A DNA stretch of 64,000 nt from an uncultured Enterobacterales bacterium (GTDB taxonomy: Bacteria > Myxococcota_A > UBA796 > JAFGLY01), in contig CAZEJJ010000011.1 in assembly GCA_964512185.1 (NCBI GenBank), positions 5,131 to 69,130 on the forward strand. The letters are read 5' to 3'. The notes under the pieces were generated by a model that was given only the letters and a program-made list of their open reading frames with translations, was not told where the DNA came from and made no database searches. How positions within the stretch are numbered: the first letter of the stretch is position 1; each line of letters starts with the position of its first letter. Made by a program: the position numbers and the translations under genes. Shown piece by piece: positions 45,939 through 55,659 of the stretch.

Positions 45939-46733
45939 CTATGGGATCTTCTCTTCCTGCACGGCGCCGGCCGTGAGGGGGGTGTCGAGCACCGTGCCGT
46001 AGGTGCGCGGCGGGGGGAGCTGCTGGAGCCGCGCGCCCACCAGCACGCCGGCCACCTGGAAGTCGTAGGCCAGCAAGAAGCCCGCGGGGCCATAGGCCAG
46101 GGTCATGTCGCCTTCGGGTGGAGAGAAGCGGAAGCGCTCGGCCTGTACCTCGGAGGAGCCCACCTGCAGCGTGGTGGGACCCAGGGCCACCACCGGGCCC
46201 TCGAGGATCGCGCCCGTCTCGGCGGAGAGCAGCTTGAGCTGCTGGACCTGCTGCAGGGTGCGCAGCGCGCGCTCGGGGTCGAAGAGCTCGGGAGAGCTGA
46301 GGTCCACCGCCGTGGCCTCGAGGGTCCAGGACTGGGCGCCGGTCTCGTCCACCACCGTGACGTTCCACTGGCCGTCGGAGCCCTGGCGGGCCTGCACTTC
46401 GCGCACGCGCCCCGCGGTGTCGAGCGACGCCGAGAAGCTGCGGTCGCCCCCCAGCCGTGCTCCCAGCCGCTGGCGGTAGCGCAGGGTGCCCTTGGCCACT
46501 GGCAGCAGCATGTCGGTCCAGCCCTGCAGCAGGCGCAGCTCGCCGGTGGGCGTGGGCAGGTAGGTGATCTGCGCTTCGCGGCTGCCGATGCTGCGATCCT
46601 CGGCGAGGATCTGGTAGTCCAGGGGCTGCTCTTCGGCCCGGGCTTCGAGGGGCGCGGCCGCGATCAGCAGCAGGATCGCCGCCGCGATGATGGGCGCCAG
46701 GGCGTAGAGGCTGGCTGGAGGCTTGGGATCCAC
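45939..46733 (-). CDS. Secreted hypothetical protein
   Basis: The GTG at 46733 gives VDPKPPASLYALAPIIAAAILLLIAAAPLEARA, a signal peptide. The track ORF extends to 46850, but that N-terminus is Pro/Cys-rich and would abut ychF. Confidence 0.5.
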   Translation of the reverse strand: MDPKPPASLYALAPIIAAAILLLIAAAPLEARAEEQPLDYQILAEDRSIGSREAQITYLPTPTGELRLLQGWTDMLLPVAKGTLRYRQRLGARLGGDRSFSASLDTAGRVREVQARQGSDGQWNVTVVDETGAQSWTLEATAVDLSSPELFDPERALRTLQQVQQLKLLSAETGAILEGPVVALGPTTLQVGSSEVQAERFRFSPPEGDMTLAYGPAGFLLAYDFQVAGVLVGARLQQLPPPRTYGTVLDTPLTAGAVQEEKIP

Positions 46734-46861
46734 AGGGGCTCCGGGCGGGCAGCAGGGACAGGGTAACAGGCCCGCGTACTGCGGTCTGCCGCCCCCCTGC
46801 CAACGTGCTACAGGGGCCGGCCATTCCGCCGGGTCGTCTCCGGCGTGCACTGGAGGCGGCC

Positions 46862-47899
46862 ATGCGCGTGGGTATCTGTGGCTACCCGGGCTCCGGGAAG
46901 ACCACGGTCTTCCTGGCCCTCGCTCCGGGGGCTCGCCCCAACCGCAAGGGCCTCTCTCTGGGCAGCATCAAGGTGCCCGATGCCCGGGTGGATCGGCTCG
47001 CCGCCATCTACAGTCCGCGCAAGACCACCTTCGCCGAGATCGTGTTCGCCGACGTGGGCAGCACAGCTGGCCGCAAGGCGGGCGCGTTTCCGCCGCAGGT
47101 GCTGGAGGCCATGCGCAACCTGGACGTGCTGGTGCACGTGGTTCGAGCCTTCGACAACCCCGTCTGCGAGCTGCCCACCGATCTGCAACGAGACCGCAGC
47201 CTCTTCGAGGACGAGCTCGTGTTGCTCGACCTCGCGGTCATCGAGCGCCGGGCGGATCGCTGGCGCCGCGAGCAGCGCCGCGGCCCCGAGGTGAAGGTCA
47301 ACGACCGCTGCCTGGCCCAGCTCGAGGCGGGCGAGCCCCTGCGCGAGCTGGAGCTGGACGAGGCGGCCCGCGAGACCCTGCGCGGTGTCCAGCTGCTCTC
47401 CCTCAAGCCTCTCATCTTGCTGCACAACCTCTCAGAGCAGGCCTGGGACGACCAGGAGCAGGCCGCGCTGCGTACCCGGCGGCAGCTCGGTCCCTCCAAG
47501 GTGGCCATGGGCCTGTGTGCCCAGCTGGAGGCGGAGCTGAACGAGCTCGATCCCGACGAGCGCCTCGAGATGCTCGAGGCGCTCGGTCTGGAGGAGCCGG
47601 CCCGCGACAGCTTCGTGCGCACGGCCTATGGCCTGCTCGATCTGATCTCGTTCCTCACCTACGGCCCCGATGAGTGCCGCGCCTGGCCCATCCGCAGGGG
47701 CACGGTGGCGCGGAGAGCCGCCGGCAAGGTGCACAGCGACATCGAGCGGGGGTTCATCCGCGCCGAGGTGTCGGCGCTGGATGACCTGGAGGCCCTGGGC
47801 TCCGAGGCGGCGCTCAAGGCGGCAGGCAAGACGCGCCTGGAGGGGCAGGGGTATCCTGTGCGCGACGGAGATCTCATCGTGTTCCGCTTCAACGTGTAG
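46862..47899 (+). CDS. ychF: YchF/OLA1-type P-loop NTPase
   Basis: MRVGICGYPGSGKTTVF, VLVHVVRAF, C-terminal FLTYGPDECRAWPIRRGTVARRAAGKVHSDIERGFIRAEV...DGDLIVFRFNV. Confidence 0.8.
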   Translation: MRVGICGYPGSGKTTVFLALAPGARPNRKGLSLGSIKVPDARVDRLAAIYSPRKTTFAEIVFADVGSTAGRKAGAFPPQVLEAMRNLDVLVHVVRAFDNPVCELPTDLQRDRSLFEDELVLLDLAVIERRADRWRREQRRGPEVKVNDRCLAQLEAGEPLRELELDEAARETLRGVQLLSLKPLILLHNLSEQAWDDQEQAALRTRRQLGPSKVAMGLCAQLEAELNELDPDERLEMLEALGLEEPARDSFVRTAYGLLDLISFLTYGPDECRAWPIRRGTVARRAAGKVHSDIERGFIRAEVSALDDLEALGSEAALKAAGKTRLEGQGYPVRDGDLIVFRFNV

Positions 47900-47910
47900 A
47901 GCCTGTTCCC

Positions 47911-48417
47911 ATGAAACATGCCCCACTGCTCTTCTTCGCCTCGCTCCTCCTGGCTGCCTGCAGCGGGAGTCAGGACATACCGCCGGTGGTGGGTCTGCGG
48001 GTCTACCTGGCCCGGCATGCCGAGAAGGTGGCCGAGAAGGCGAACCCGGCCCTCAGCCCTGCGGGGCGGGCCCGCGCGGATGCCCTCCGGGATCTGCTGC
48101 ACGACGAGCCCCTCACCGTCGTGTACAGCACCCCCTACAAGCGCACCCGGCAGACCGCGCAGCCCACCGCGACCGACCACGATCTGCCGGTGCTCAGCTA
48201 CGAGCCCGATGAGCCGCCCGCGCCCGCTCTGTTGGCGGCGGAGTCCGGCACCGCGGCGCTCGTCGTGGGCCACTCCAACACGGTGCCCGATCTGATCAAG
48301 GCTCTAGGCGGGTCCCAGGTGTTGCCCATCGGGCACGACGAGTACGGCGATCTCTGGATCCTGCAGCGCCAGGACGGAGAGATCTCAGTGGAGAAGAAGC
48401 GCTTCGGGGGTTTCTGA
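47911..48417 (+). CDS. Histidine phosphatase family lipoprotein (SixA/PGAM-like)
   Basis: Lipobox LLLAAC. YLARHAEK, STPYKRTRQT, VVGHSNTV. Confidence 0.7.
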   Translation: MKHAPLLFFASLLLAACSGSQDIPPVVGLRVYLARHAEKVAEKANPALSPAGRARADALRDLLHDEPLTVVYSTPYKRTRQTAQPTATDHDLPVLSYEPDEPPAPALLAAESGTAALVVGHSNTVPDLIKALGGSQVLPIGHDEYGDLWILQRQDGEISVEKKRFGGF

Positions 48418-48827
48418 TGAGAGCCCTGGGCCTGCTGCTGGCCCTGCTGGCCTGCGGCTGCAGCCTGGCTTGGGACGAGGTGGACTACTGCGACACCGGC
48501 GGCTGCGACGAGTGCTCCAGCGACGCCGAGTGTGTGGTGGGCTCCAGCTGCTGCGGGCAGGAGTTCTACTGTATGCACCATGACGAGCAGCTCAGCGTCT
48601 GCCAGTTAGGCTGCTACGAACCCCGCCCGCCCGCCTGCCGCTGCGTCGAGGGGCGCTGCGCGTTCCAGGAGCGCGCCCCGGGACTGTGCAGGAAGTCCGC
48701 GAGGATACCTCCGTCGCGTGTGATTATTTGGACCTCGTCCATCGCTCGGGATGCCCGCCTGCAAGGGACCGGAAAAGTTGAACATGGTGGGCTGTTTTTG
48801 CTTGCCGCGCAGGGCGTTCGCATCTAA
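48417..48827 (+). CDS. Small Cys-rich lipoprotein. The 3' end is uncertain.
   Basis: TGATG overlap with the upstream gene. MRALGLLLALLACGC lipobox. There are 14 Cys in the first 85 residues. After about 48690 the codon usage turns AT-rich (ATA, ATT, AAA, TTT). Confidence 0.45.
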   Translation: MRALGLLLALLACGCSLAWDEVDYCDTGGCDECSSDAECVVGSSCCGQEFYCMHHDEQLSVCQLGCYEPRPPACRCVEGRCAFQERAPGLCRKSARIPPSRVIIWTSSIARDARLQGTGKVEHGGLFLLAAQGVRI

Positions 48828-48902
48828 AGTGCGGAACGAGCCCGGCAGGATCCTTCTCCGCCGGCAACGTGCCTTCCCCCTGCTTTTATTCGCTGCCGAG
48901 TT

Positions 48903-49667
48903 GTGGCCATGTCCCAGCTGCCGCACCACGCTGAGTTTGTTCGCTCATCACTGAACAGGGTTCTGGTCGACTGGCGGGCCTCCGAGCAGCGCGTGCGCTT
49001 CCCGGTGGTCTTCGCCGTAGAGCGCGAGAGCACCCGCATCTGGTCGCTTCGCACCGTGCCGGTCTTCGTCACGCAGCTGGCGGTGGCCCTCAGCATGCCC
49101 GCCTCCGATCGGCTCCTGCTGCTCTCCGGTGGCGGCATCGCGGCCGTGTACGCGCGCCGCACGCGCCTGGGCATGCCCCTGGTGCCCGCCACCCTGCTGC
49201 CGCGCCTGCAGGCACCGGTGGAGCTGATCCACGTCCGCCGCGGCTGCGCGTCGCGCATCAAGGCGCGCGATCTGCCCACCTCCGTGCTCTCGGATCCCGA
49301 TCGCGCGGTGCCCGTTGCTTGGGGCAGCCGCTTCGCGCTGTCCATCCAGGACGGCTGCCATGGCGTGATCTACTCCCCCGAGCGCGATCTGCTGCGGCGC
49401 TGCCTGCGCAGCTACCTGGTCCATTACCAGCAGTCGGTGCTCGCTCGCGACGCGGTGCTGCCGCCCCTGCCCGATCGGCTCCTGGAGCCGCTGCTCGATC
49501 CGCTGCCGCCCGGCACCTATGTCGAGGTCACCTTCGAGCCGGGCTCGCGCTTCTGGACCATGGACCTCAGCCTGCTGGAGGCCGGCTCCGAGCGTCCCCT
49601 CGATCAGAGCTGCCGATGGGTCTGCGAGGGAGAAGGCGGGAGCTGGCGCGCCGGTTGGTCCTGGTAG
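48903..49667 (+). CDS. Hypothetical protein (254 aa)
   Basis: GC3-rich ORF after a low-GC intergenic region. GTG at 48903 or ATG at 48909. No recognised family. Confidence 0.5.
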   Translation: MAMSQLPHHAEFVRSSLNRVLVDWRASEQRVRFPVVFAVERESTRIWSLRTVPVFVTQLAVALSMPASDRLLLLSGGGIAAVYARRTRLGMPLVPATLLPRLQAPVELIHVRRGCASRIKARDLPTSVLSDPDRAVPVAWGSRFALSIQDGCHGVIYSPERDLLRRCLRSYLVHYQQSVLARDAVLPPLPDRLLEPLLDPLPPGTYVEVTFEPGSRFWTMDLSLLEAGSERPLDQSCRWVCEGEGGSWRAGWSW

Positions 49668-49820
49668 GGGGGCTGTAGGAGCCTGTAGGGCGTACCGAAT
49701 CTACTGCGGCCACGATCCGCACCCCTCGCGCGCCCTTCGCGGCGCAGCAGGCCACCTGTGTAGCAGCGACATGTTGAGAGGTTGGCTGGAGCGCCGGAGT
49801 CCGGCGGAGTACCAGGGGGC

Positions 49821-50978
49821 ATGAGCAGCGCCCGCGAAGAGAGATCTGGCCGCGTCCAAGGAGCCACAGCCCAGCAGCGAGCCGACCAGGACCACCTCCA
49901 GGCGCTGCGCGAGGTGCAGGTGAGGCGCGACGCCCCGCGGGCTCTGCTGGTCGCGCTGGGCTGGCTGCTGCTGTTCCTGCTGCTCAGCGCGGCGCTGCTG
50001 CGCGGAATGGTGGACACCCGCCAGCTGGCGGTCCTGTGGGAGCAGGCCGCCTGGCCTCCCCTGCTCCTGGCCTTCTTCGTGCTCTTCGGCGGACTGTTCT
50101 TCATGGGCCTGCGCTGGAGAGCCCTGCTCCCCGGACGCAGCGGGGTGTCGCGCCTGGGCATCGCCGGCATCTGCGCTGCCGGTCAGCTCATGAACATGGC
50201 CCTCCCAGGGCCTGTCGGCGAGCTGGCCCAGGCTGCGCTGGTGCAGCGAAGCTACGGCGTCGATGCGCCCGTGGCGCTGGCGGCCAGCGTGCACGCCCGC
50301 TTCGTGGGGGTCACCAGTGGGGCGCTCATCGCGCTGGCGGTGTGGCTGCTGGCGCCGCTGCCCATCCCAGAGTCCGCCCGCCCGCTGGTGTCTGGCGCCG
50401 TGATCCTGGTGGCCTTCTGGGGGGGCGTGCTCGCCGCGGTGGCCTTCTGGCCCAGGCTGCTGTTGGTGCCGCTCCGCTTCGGGCTGGACGGGATCTCCCG
50501 CTGGCGACCCGGACACCCGCGCGCATGGCTCGAGCGTGGCTTCAGGCTGCTGCTCGGCTTCGCGGAGGCGCTGTCTACCCTCGGCCAGGACCTGGGCTGG
50601 CCCCACCTCGCCGCCGCTGGCTACAACCTGCTGGGCGTCGCCTCCATCACCTCGGGCGCCTGGATCGCCTCCTGGGCGCTGGGGCAGCCTGGAGATCCGG
50701 CGGGCCTGCTGTTCACCCAGTGCGCGCTCACCGCCGGCGCGGTCATGCTCTTCGCCATGCCCGGCATGCAGGTGGGTTGGGATGCCGGCTTCGCCGCCTT
50801 GCTCGTGACCACCGTGGGGCTGCCTGTCGAGCACGCGCTGGCCATCACCGTGATGGTCCGCTGTCAGCAGCTGGTCGTGGCAGGTCTGGGCGCCGCGGTG
50901 TTGGCTTGGGCCGTGCGCAGGGAACCGGGATCAGGTGCTGCGGTCCAAGGGGATGCCCCCCGTGAGGGGTCCGGTTAG
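49821..50978 (+). CDS. UPF0104 (LPG-synthase-TM / flippase-like) membrane protein, paralog 1
   Basis: Polytopic. NMALPGPVGELAQAALVQRSYG matches the PGxxGE signature shared with paralog 2. ATG at 49821 chosen; the track start is 49782. Confidence 0.65.
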   Translation: MSSAREERSGRVQGATAQQRADQDHLQALREVQVRRDAPRALLVALGWLLLFLLLSAALLRGMVDTRQLAVLWEQAAWPPLLLAFFVLFGGLFFMGLRWRALLPGRSGVSRLGIAGICAAGQLMNMALPGPVGELAQAALVQRSYGVDAPVALAASVHARFVGVTSGALIALAVWLLAPLPIPESARPLVSGAVILVAFWGGVLAAVAFWPRLLLVPLRFGLDGISRWRPGHPRAWLERGFRLLLGFAEALSTLGQDLGWPHLAAAGYNLLGVASITSGAWIASWALGQPGDPAGLLFTQCALTAGAVMLFAMPGMQVGWDAGFAALLVTTVGLPVEHALAITVMVRCQQLVVAGLGAAVLAWAVRREPGSGAAVQGDAPREGSG

Positions 50979-51013
50979 GTGCGCCGCTGGCCGTACCGAT
51001 AGGAGAACGAGGC

Positions 51014-51727
51014 ATGCTTGGAAGCACCGTGGTTTTCGCGTTGACGCTGGCGCTTGGTTGTGGCGAGAAGACCCCCCCCGAGCCAGCGGTACAGCCACAG
51101 GCCGCCCCGGCGGCAGCCCCTGCACCACAGCCGGCGCCCGCCCCAGAGGAGCCCGCGGCTGCGCCCGTGCCGGTGGCCGAGCCCGCCGCTCCCTCCACCA
51201 ACGCCGATCTGCAGGTCATGCTCGCCCGCAACGACGGCAGCACCCAGGCCGGTCGCGTCCAGCTGGTGGAGCGCAGCAGCGACTGGTACGCCGAGGCCGT
51301 CTGGACCGCTGATCCCGACGATGTCAAGCTCCAGCTGGAGGGCAACGGCACCGAGGTCATGGCCTCCTGGGCCGAGATCAAGAAGATCAGCGTCACCATC
51401 GTCAAGGTGTCCGAGAGCAGCGACTGCACCTACGACAGCAACTTCACGCCCTGGCTCTACGACTGCACCCTGCGCAACGAAGGCACCGCCGTCACCACCG
51501 ATGGTCGCAGCTGGCAGGTCACAGATCGCCACAAGTGGCGGTTCAATTTCGACGATGGCAGCAGCCAGGAGTTCTGGCTCTCCAAGCACCCGGCCCGGGA
51601 GCAGGACGCCAACACGGTGGGCTTGGACAGCTCCGGTGAAAACTACGACCTCTACATCACCCTCCAGGATCGGCTCCGTGAAGAGGTGAAGACCATGGTC
51701 ACCGGGGTTACCGTGTCGGCCCACTAG
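51014..51727 (+). CDS. Lipoprotein, hypothetical
   Basis: MLGSTVVFALTLALGC lipobox, a Pro/Ala linker, and a 170-aa domain with no recognised family. Confidence 0.55.
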   Translation: MLGSTVVFALTLALGCGEKTPPEPAVQPQAAPAAAPAPQPAPAPEEPAAAPVPVAEPAAPSTNADLQVMLARNDGSTQAGRVQLVERSSDWYAEAVWTADPDDVKLQLEGNGTEVMASWAEIKKISVTIVKVSESSDCTYDSNFTPWLYDCTLRNEGTAVTTDGRSWQVTDRHKWRFNFDDGSSQEFWLSKHPAREQDANTVGLDSSGENYDLYITLQDRLREEVKTMVTGVTVSAH

Positions 51728-51783
51728 GACACACGCCGGCCCGGCGCCGGGGTTCACGTCCGCTGCTGTCCTCCTGGTGAACC

Positions 51784-52812
51784 ATGTCCGAGGCTGCGCG
51801 CCCGGATCTCATTCTGCGCTTCCGTCGCTGGCTCACCTGGGGGCTGGCCGCCGCCGTCGCGCTGTACCTGGCGGGTTCCATCTACGCGGGGCTGGGCGCC
51901 ATGGGGTCGGCTCTGGCCACCTTCGCCTGGTGGCTCATGTTGCCGGTGCTGCTGCTGGTGCTCGCCAACTACTTCCTGCGCTTCCTCAAGTGGCACTACT
52001 TCGTGGGGCGGCTCGGCGTGCGGGTGCCCTTCTGGGACAACCTGGTCATCTTCGGGGCCGGGCTCGCCATGGTGATCTCCCCGGGCAAGGCGGGCGAGGT
52101 GCTCAAGCCCTACCTGCTGCGGGCGCGCACAGGCGCCAACATGGCCACCAGCATCCCGGCCCTGGTGGCGGAGCGGCTCACCGACGGCATCGCCATGCTC
52201 ATCCTGGCGGGCCTGTCCATCGGCACCTACGCGGGGGACAAGGTGCACTACGTGATCATCCCCGCCGTGGTGGGGGCGGTGGCGCTGGGCGTGCTGGCCA
52301 GCAGGACGCTCTCCATGGGCATCCTCCACCTGCTCACCCGCTTTCCAGTGCTGGACCGCGTGGGTCACAAGCTCGAAGAGATGTACCTGGCCATGCGCAC
52401 CTGCCTGGCGCCGGTGCCCCTGATCATGGCGGTGCTCATCTCCGTGCTCGCCTGGTGGGCCGAGTGCGTCGCCTACTGGCTGATCTTCAAGGGCTTCGGT
52501 GTGGCCGCCACCCTCGACGTGTCCACCTTCCTCTACGCCTTCGCCACCGTGGCCGGAGGGGCCATGCCCGGAGGGCTGGGCGTGGCCGACGGAGCTCTGG
52601 GCGCAGGAGCTCTCACCCTGGTCCCCGGCATCGACGAAGCGCAGGCGGTGGCGAGCGCCCTGCTGGTGCGCGTGACCACCTTGTGGTTCGGTGTCGGGCT
52701 GGGGGCGCTGGCCCTGGTGCGAGCCGGACGCCTGCTGGACGGGGTCATCGCCCCACCCGTGGAACCCGCCGCCGGCCAGGAGCCTGCGTCGCGTACCGGT
52801 TCCAGTGCCTGA
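51784..52812 (+). CDS. UPF0104 (LPG-synthase-TM / flippase-like) membrane protein, paralog 2
   Basis: LANYFLRFLKWHYF, MVISPGKAGEVLKPYLLRARTG, eight hydrophobic segments. Confidence 0.7.
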   Translation: MSEAARPDLILRFRRWLTWGLAAAVALYLAGSIYAGLGAMGSALATFAWWLMLPVLLLVLANYFLRFLKWHYFVGRLGVRVPFWDNLVIFGAGLAMVISPGKAGEVLKPYLLRARTGANMATSIPALVAERLTDGIAMLILAGLSIGTYAGDKVHYVIIPAVVGAVALGVLASRTLSMGILHLLTRFPVLDRVGHKLEEMYLAMRTCLAPVPLIMAVLISVLAWWAECVAYWLIFKGFGVAATLDVSTFLYAFATVAGGAMPGGLGVADGALGAGALTLVPGIDEAQAVASALLVRVTTLWFGVGLGALALVRAGRLLDGVIAPPVEPAAGQEPASRTGSSA

Positions 52813-52866
52813 CGCGCTGCACGCCCATCTACGCGCCCCGCTCGCGCCGCCGACCTGGAGTATCCC

Positions 52867-53691
52867 GTGTACCTCGCCGCCTGTGTACAGCTGAGATCAA
52901 CGGCCGACGTGGCCCGCAACCTGGTCACCATGGAGAAGCTCGTGCGCAGGGCAGCGGGCTACGGCGCGAGCCTGGTGGTCACGCCGGAGAACACGCCCTA
53001 CCTCGGGCCCTGGGCCCGAAGGGCCAGCCTCGCCGAGCCCCTGCACGGTCCCATGGCCCGCGGGCTCGGGGCCCTGGCGCGCCAGCTGGGCATCCACCTG
53101 CTGGTGGGCAGCTTTCCCGAGCAGGCGCTGCTCGAGAGCGGCAGGCCCGACCCCGAGCGCAGCTACAACACCTCGCTGCTGTTCAGCCCCGACGGCAGCC
53201 TTGTGGCGTCCTACCGCAAGATCCACCTCTTCGATGTGGCCGTGCCCCACGGCATCACCATCGAGGAGTCCAGCACCACCGTGGCTGGCAGCGAGCTGGT
53301 GGTGGGCGACACTCCCCTGGGGCGCGTGGGCCTGTCCATCTGCTACGACCTGCGCTTTCCCGAGCTCTATCGGGGCCTGGTGGAGCGTGGGGCCGAGCTG
53401 ATCACCATCCCCTCAGCCTTCACCCTCATGACCGGAAAGGACCACTGGCACGCGCTGGTGAGGGCGCGCGCCGTTGAGACCCAGGCCTGGGTGCTCGCCC
53501 CCGGACAGTGGGGGGAGCATGGCGACGAGGGCCTGCGCCACAGCTACGGCCACTCGATCATCGTCGATCCCTGGGGCACGGTGGTGGCTGAGTGCTCCGA
53601 CGGCGAGGGCCTGTGCCTGGCCGAGGTGGATCTCGCCCGGGTCGCGGCCACGCGCCGGGGCATGCCCCTGGGGCTGCACCGCAGGCTCTGA
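52867..53691 (+). CDS. Carbon-nitrogen hydrolase (nitrilase superfamily, Nit/omega-amidase-like)
   Basis: GTG start. Glu VVTPEN, Lys YRKIHLFDV, Cys LSICYDLRFPE. Confidence 0.8.
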   Translation: MYLAACVQLRSTADVARNLVTMEKLVRRAAGYGASLVVTPENTPYLGPWARRASLAEPLHGPMARGLGALARQLGIHLLVGSFPEQALLESGRPDPERSYNTSLLFSPDGSLVASYRKIHLFDVAVPHGITIEESSTTVAGSELVVGDTPLGRVGLSICYDLRFPELYRGLVERGAELITIPSAFTLMTGKDHWHALVRARAVETQAWVLAPGQWGEHGDEGLRHSYGHSIIVDPWGTVVAECSDGEGLCLAEVDLARVAATRRGMPLGLHRRL

Positions 53692-53694
53692 GGT

Positions 53695-54525
53695 TCAGCC
53701 GGTGGGCAGGCGCAGGGCGCGCTTGACCAGGGCCTCGTACAGGCGCCAGGGCAGCAGCCGCGCCGCCAGCAGCTCGGCCTGGGCGCTGGCCGTGGGCACC
53801 AGGCGCAGGGGCGGACGGGACATGTGCAAGGCCTGGAGGACGGTGCGCACGCTGCTGGCCACGGGGGCGGCCTTGCGGTGGCTCTCGCCGTGCAGCTGGT
53901 CCAGGCGGCGCGTGATGGCCCCGTAGACGCCCCGGCCCACGGCCGCGCCCCGCAGGCGGGAGCTGTGGAACGCGGTGCGTGTGAGCCCCGGTTCGACGAG
54001 GACGACGGTCACACCCAGCGGTGCCAGCTCGTGGCGCAGGGCTTCGGCCCAGCCCTCGAGGGCGAATTTGGAGGCGTTGTAGGCGGAGGAGCCCGGGGCG
54101 GCCCGTCGGCCTGCGATGGAGCCCACCACCACCAGCCGACCGCGGCCGCGGCGCAAGGGGGGCAGGGCTCCGCGGGCACAGGCGAGCGTGCCGAAGAAGT
54201 TGACCTCCATCTGGGTGCGGATCTCGGCCGGCGAGAGATCCTCGAAGCAGCCGTACAGGCCGTAGCCGGCGTTGGCCACCAGGGCGTCCAGCCGGCCGTG
54301 GCGGTGGGCCGCGGCGGCCACGGCGGCTTCGGCGGCCGCGCCGTCGGAGAGATCAGCGTGGACCAGCTCGACGCCTGCGCGTTCGAGCGCCCCTCGACCC
54401 CGGTCGCTCCGGAGCGTGCCCACCACCCGCCAGCCGCGCTCGGCCAGGGCGAGCGCGCAGTGGTGGCCGATGCCGCTGCTGCAGCCGGTGACCATGACCA
54501 CTCGTCGCCGGGGATCCGCAGCCAT
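53695..54525 (-). CDS. Short-chain dehydrogenase/reductase
   Basis: VMVTGCSSGIGHH, NAGYG, SSAYNASKFA. TGATG overlap with the upstream gene. Confidence 0.8.
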   Translation of the reverse strand: MAADPRRRVVMVTGCSSGIGHHCALALAERGWRVVGTLRSDRGRGALERAGVELVHADLSDGAAAEAAVAAAAHRHGRLDALVANAGYGLYGCFEDLSPAEIRTQMEVNFFGTLACARGALPPLRRGRGRLVVVGSIAGRRAAPGSSAYNASKFALEGWAEALRHELAPLGVTVVLVEPGLTRTAFHSSRLRGAAVGRGVYGAITRRLDQLHGESHRKAAPVASSVRTVLQALHMSRPPLRLVPTASAQAELLAARLLPWRLYEALVKRALRLPTG

Positions 54526-55553
54526 CACTCCCCCCAGATCTCGCGCGCCTTGCGCTCGATCTCCTGGTGGGCCCGCACCATGGTGTCGTCCAGGGCTGGT
54601 GTGCCCCGGATGTCCGGATCCAGCTCCACCTTGCGATCCAGGGCGCGGGTGATGCCGCCGTCCTCGATCCACAGGCGGAGCTCCCCCAGGTTGCGGCCCT
54701 GGTGGGTGGACTTGACCCAGGTGGCCTCGCCCACGTGGAAGGGCGGGACGCTCTCGGAGTGGTGGTGGGTGTCGATGACCACGGTGATCTCGGGGTGATC
54801 CTGGGCCAGAGCGCGCGCCTCGGGGATGGCCTGGAAGGCCAGCAGCACCACCATGTCAACCTGCCCTTCCATCTCTGCCAGCACCCGCTCCGCCGCCGGC
54901 AGCGGTGGCTCCACGATGTACTCGGGGGTGGGCACGAAGCTGACCCCTGGAGTGGACAGGCCCGTGATGCCCACCCGGAGATCGCCTGCCTGCACGAGCC
55001 TCCAGCGCTCGGGTTGCGGCACGTCGTGGCCTTCGCGGGCCTGGATGTTGGCGCTCACCAGGGGCAGCTCGGCCAGCTCTCCGCCCAGCTCCACCAGGCC
55101 GGGGAGGTCGGTGTAGCCGAGGTTCAGGGCATCCCATGGCAGCTGCTGCAGCCCGCGGACCATCCAGCCGTTCATCAGCGGTACGTCGCCCCGGAGCCCA
55201 CCCCCGAGGCCGATGGCATCTTCGAGCCAGTAGCCGCCGTTGAGCAGCAGGCTGGGTGTGCCGGGGTTGGCCTCGCTGGAGGCGGCGACGTAGGTGGCCA
55301 GCCGGGGGAGCCCTCCGCGGGGCTCCTTGGGGCAGCCGCAGGGCTCGAGGGAACCCTGCAGCTCGCCGGTGTAGAAGAGCGCCAGCCGCGCGTCGTCCAC
55401 CGCCAGCCGCGACTGCAGGCTGCCCGTGGTGGCGCGCTCACCCTGGAGGGCGGCGGTGGATCCGTGCACGGGCAGGGTCGCGGGGGGCTGCCTGGCTGGA
55501 CAGCCCGCCAGCGCGAGGGTGGTGGCGATGGTGAGCGCGAAGGGCCGCTGCAC
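54525..55553 (-). CDS. Metallophosphoesterase / 5'-nucleotidase-like lipoprotein
   Basis: GTG start. Lipobox TLALAGC. FYTGELQGSLEPCGCPKEPRGGLPRLAT. Moderate family call. Confidence 0.5.
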   Translation of the reverse strand: MQRPFALTIATTLALAGCPARQPPATLPVHGSTAALQGERATTGSLQSRLAVDDARLALFYTGELQGSLEPCGCPKEPRGGLPRLATYVAASSEANPGTPSLLLNGGYWLEDAIGLGGGLRGDVPLMNGWMVRGLQQLPWDALNLGYTDLPGLVELGGELAELPLVSANIQAREGHDVPQPERWRLVQAGDLRVGITGLSTPGVSFVPTPEYIVEPPLPAAERVLAEMEGQVDMVVLLAFQAIPEARALAQDHPEITVVIDTHHHSESVPPFHVGEATWVKSTHQGRNLGELRLWIEDGGITRALDRKVELDPDIRGTPALDDTMVRAHQEIERKAREIWGE

Positions 55554-55659
55554 AGGGGCTCCCGGGCTTGCTTGGCTCCCATGAGCCTAACCGCCGCGAG
55601 GCCCGGCGCAGCGTGGTCCGCGGGGAGGGAATACAGGGAGGCCGTCTCCAGGGAGCTGC

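Noticed and set aside
48785-48805. Sigma-54-like TGG...TTGC (TGGTGGGCTGTTTTTGCTTGC)
   Set aside because: The GG-to-GC spacing is 10, 13 or 14 nt depending on which boxes are used, never the required 11. This contrasts with the exact match at 8803-8817.
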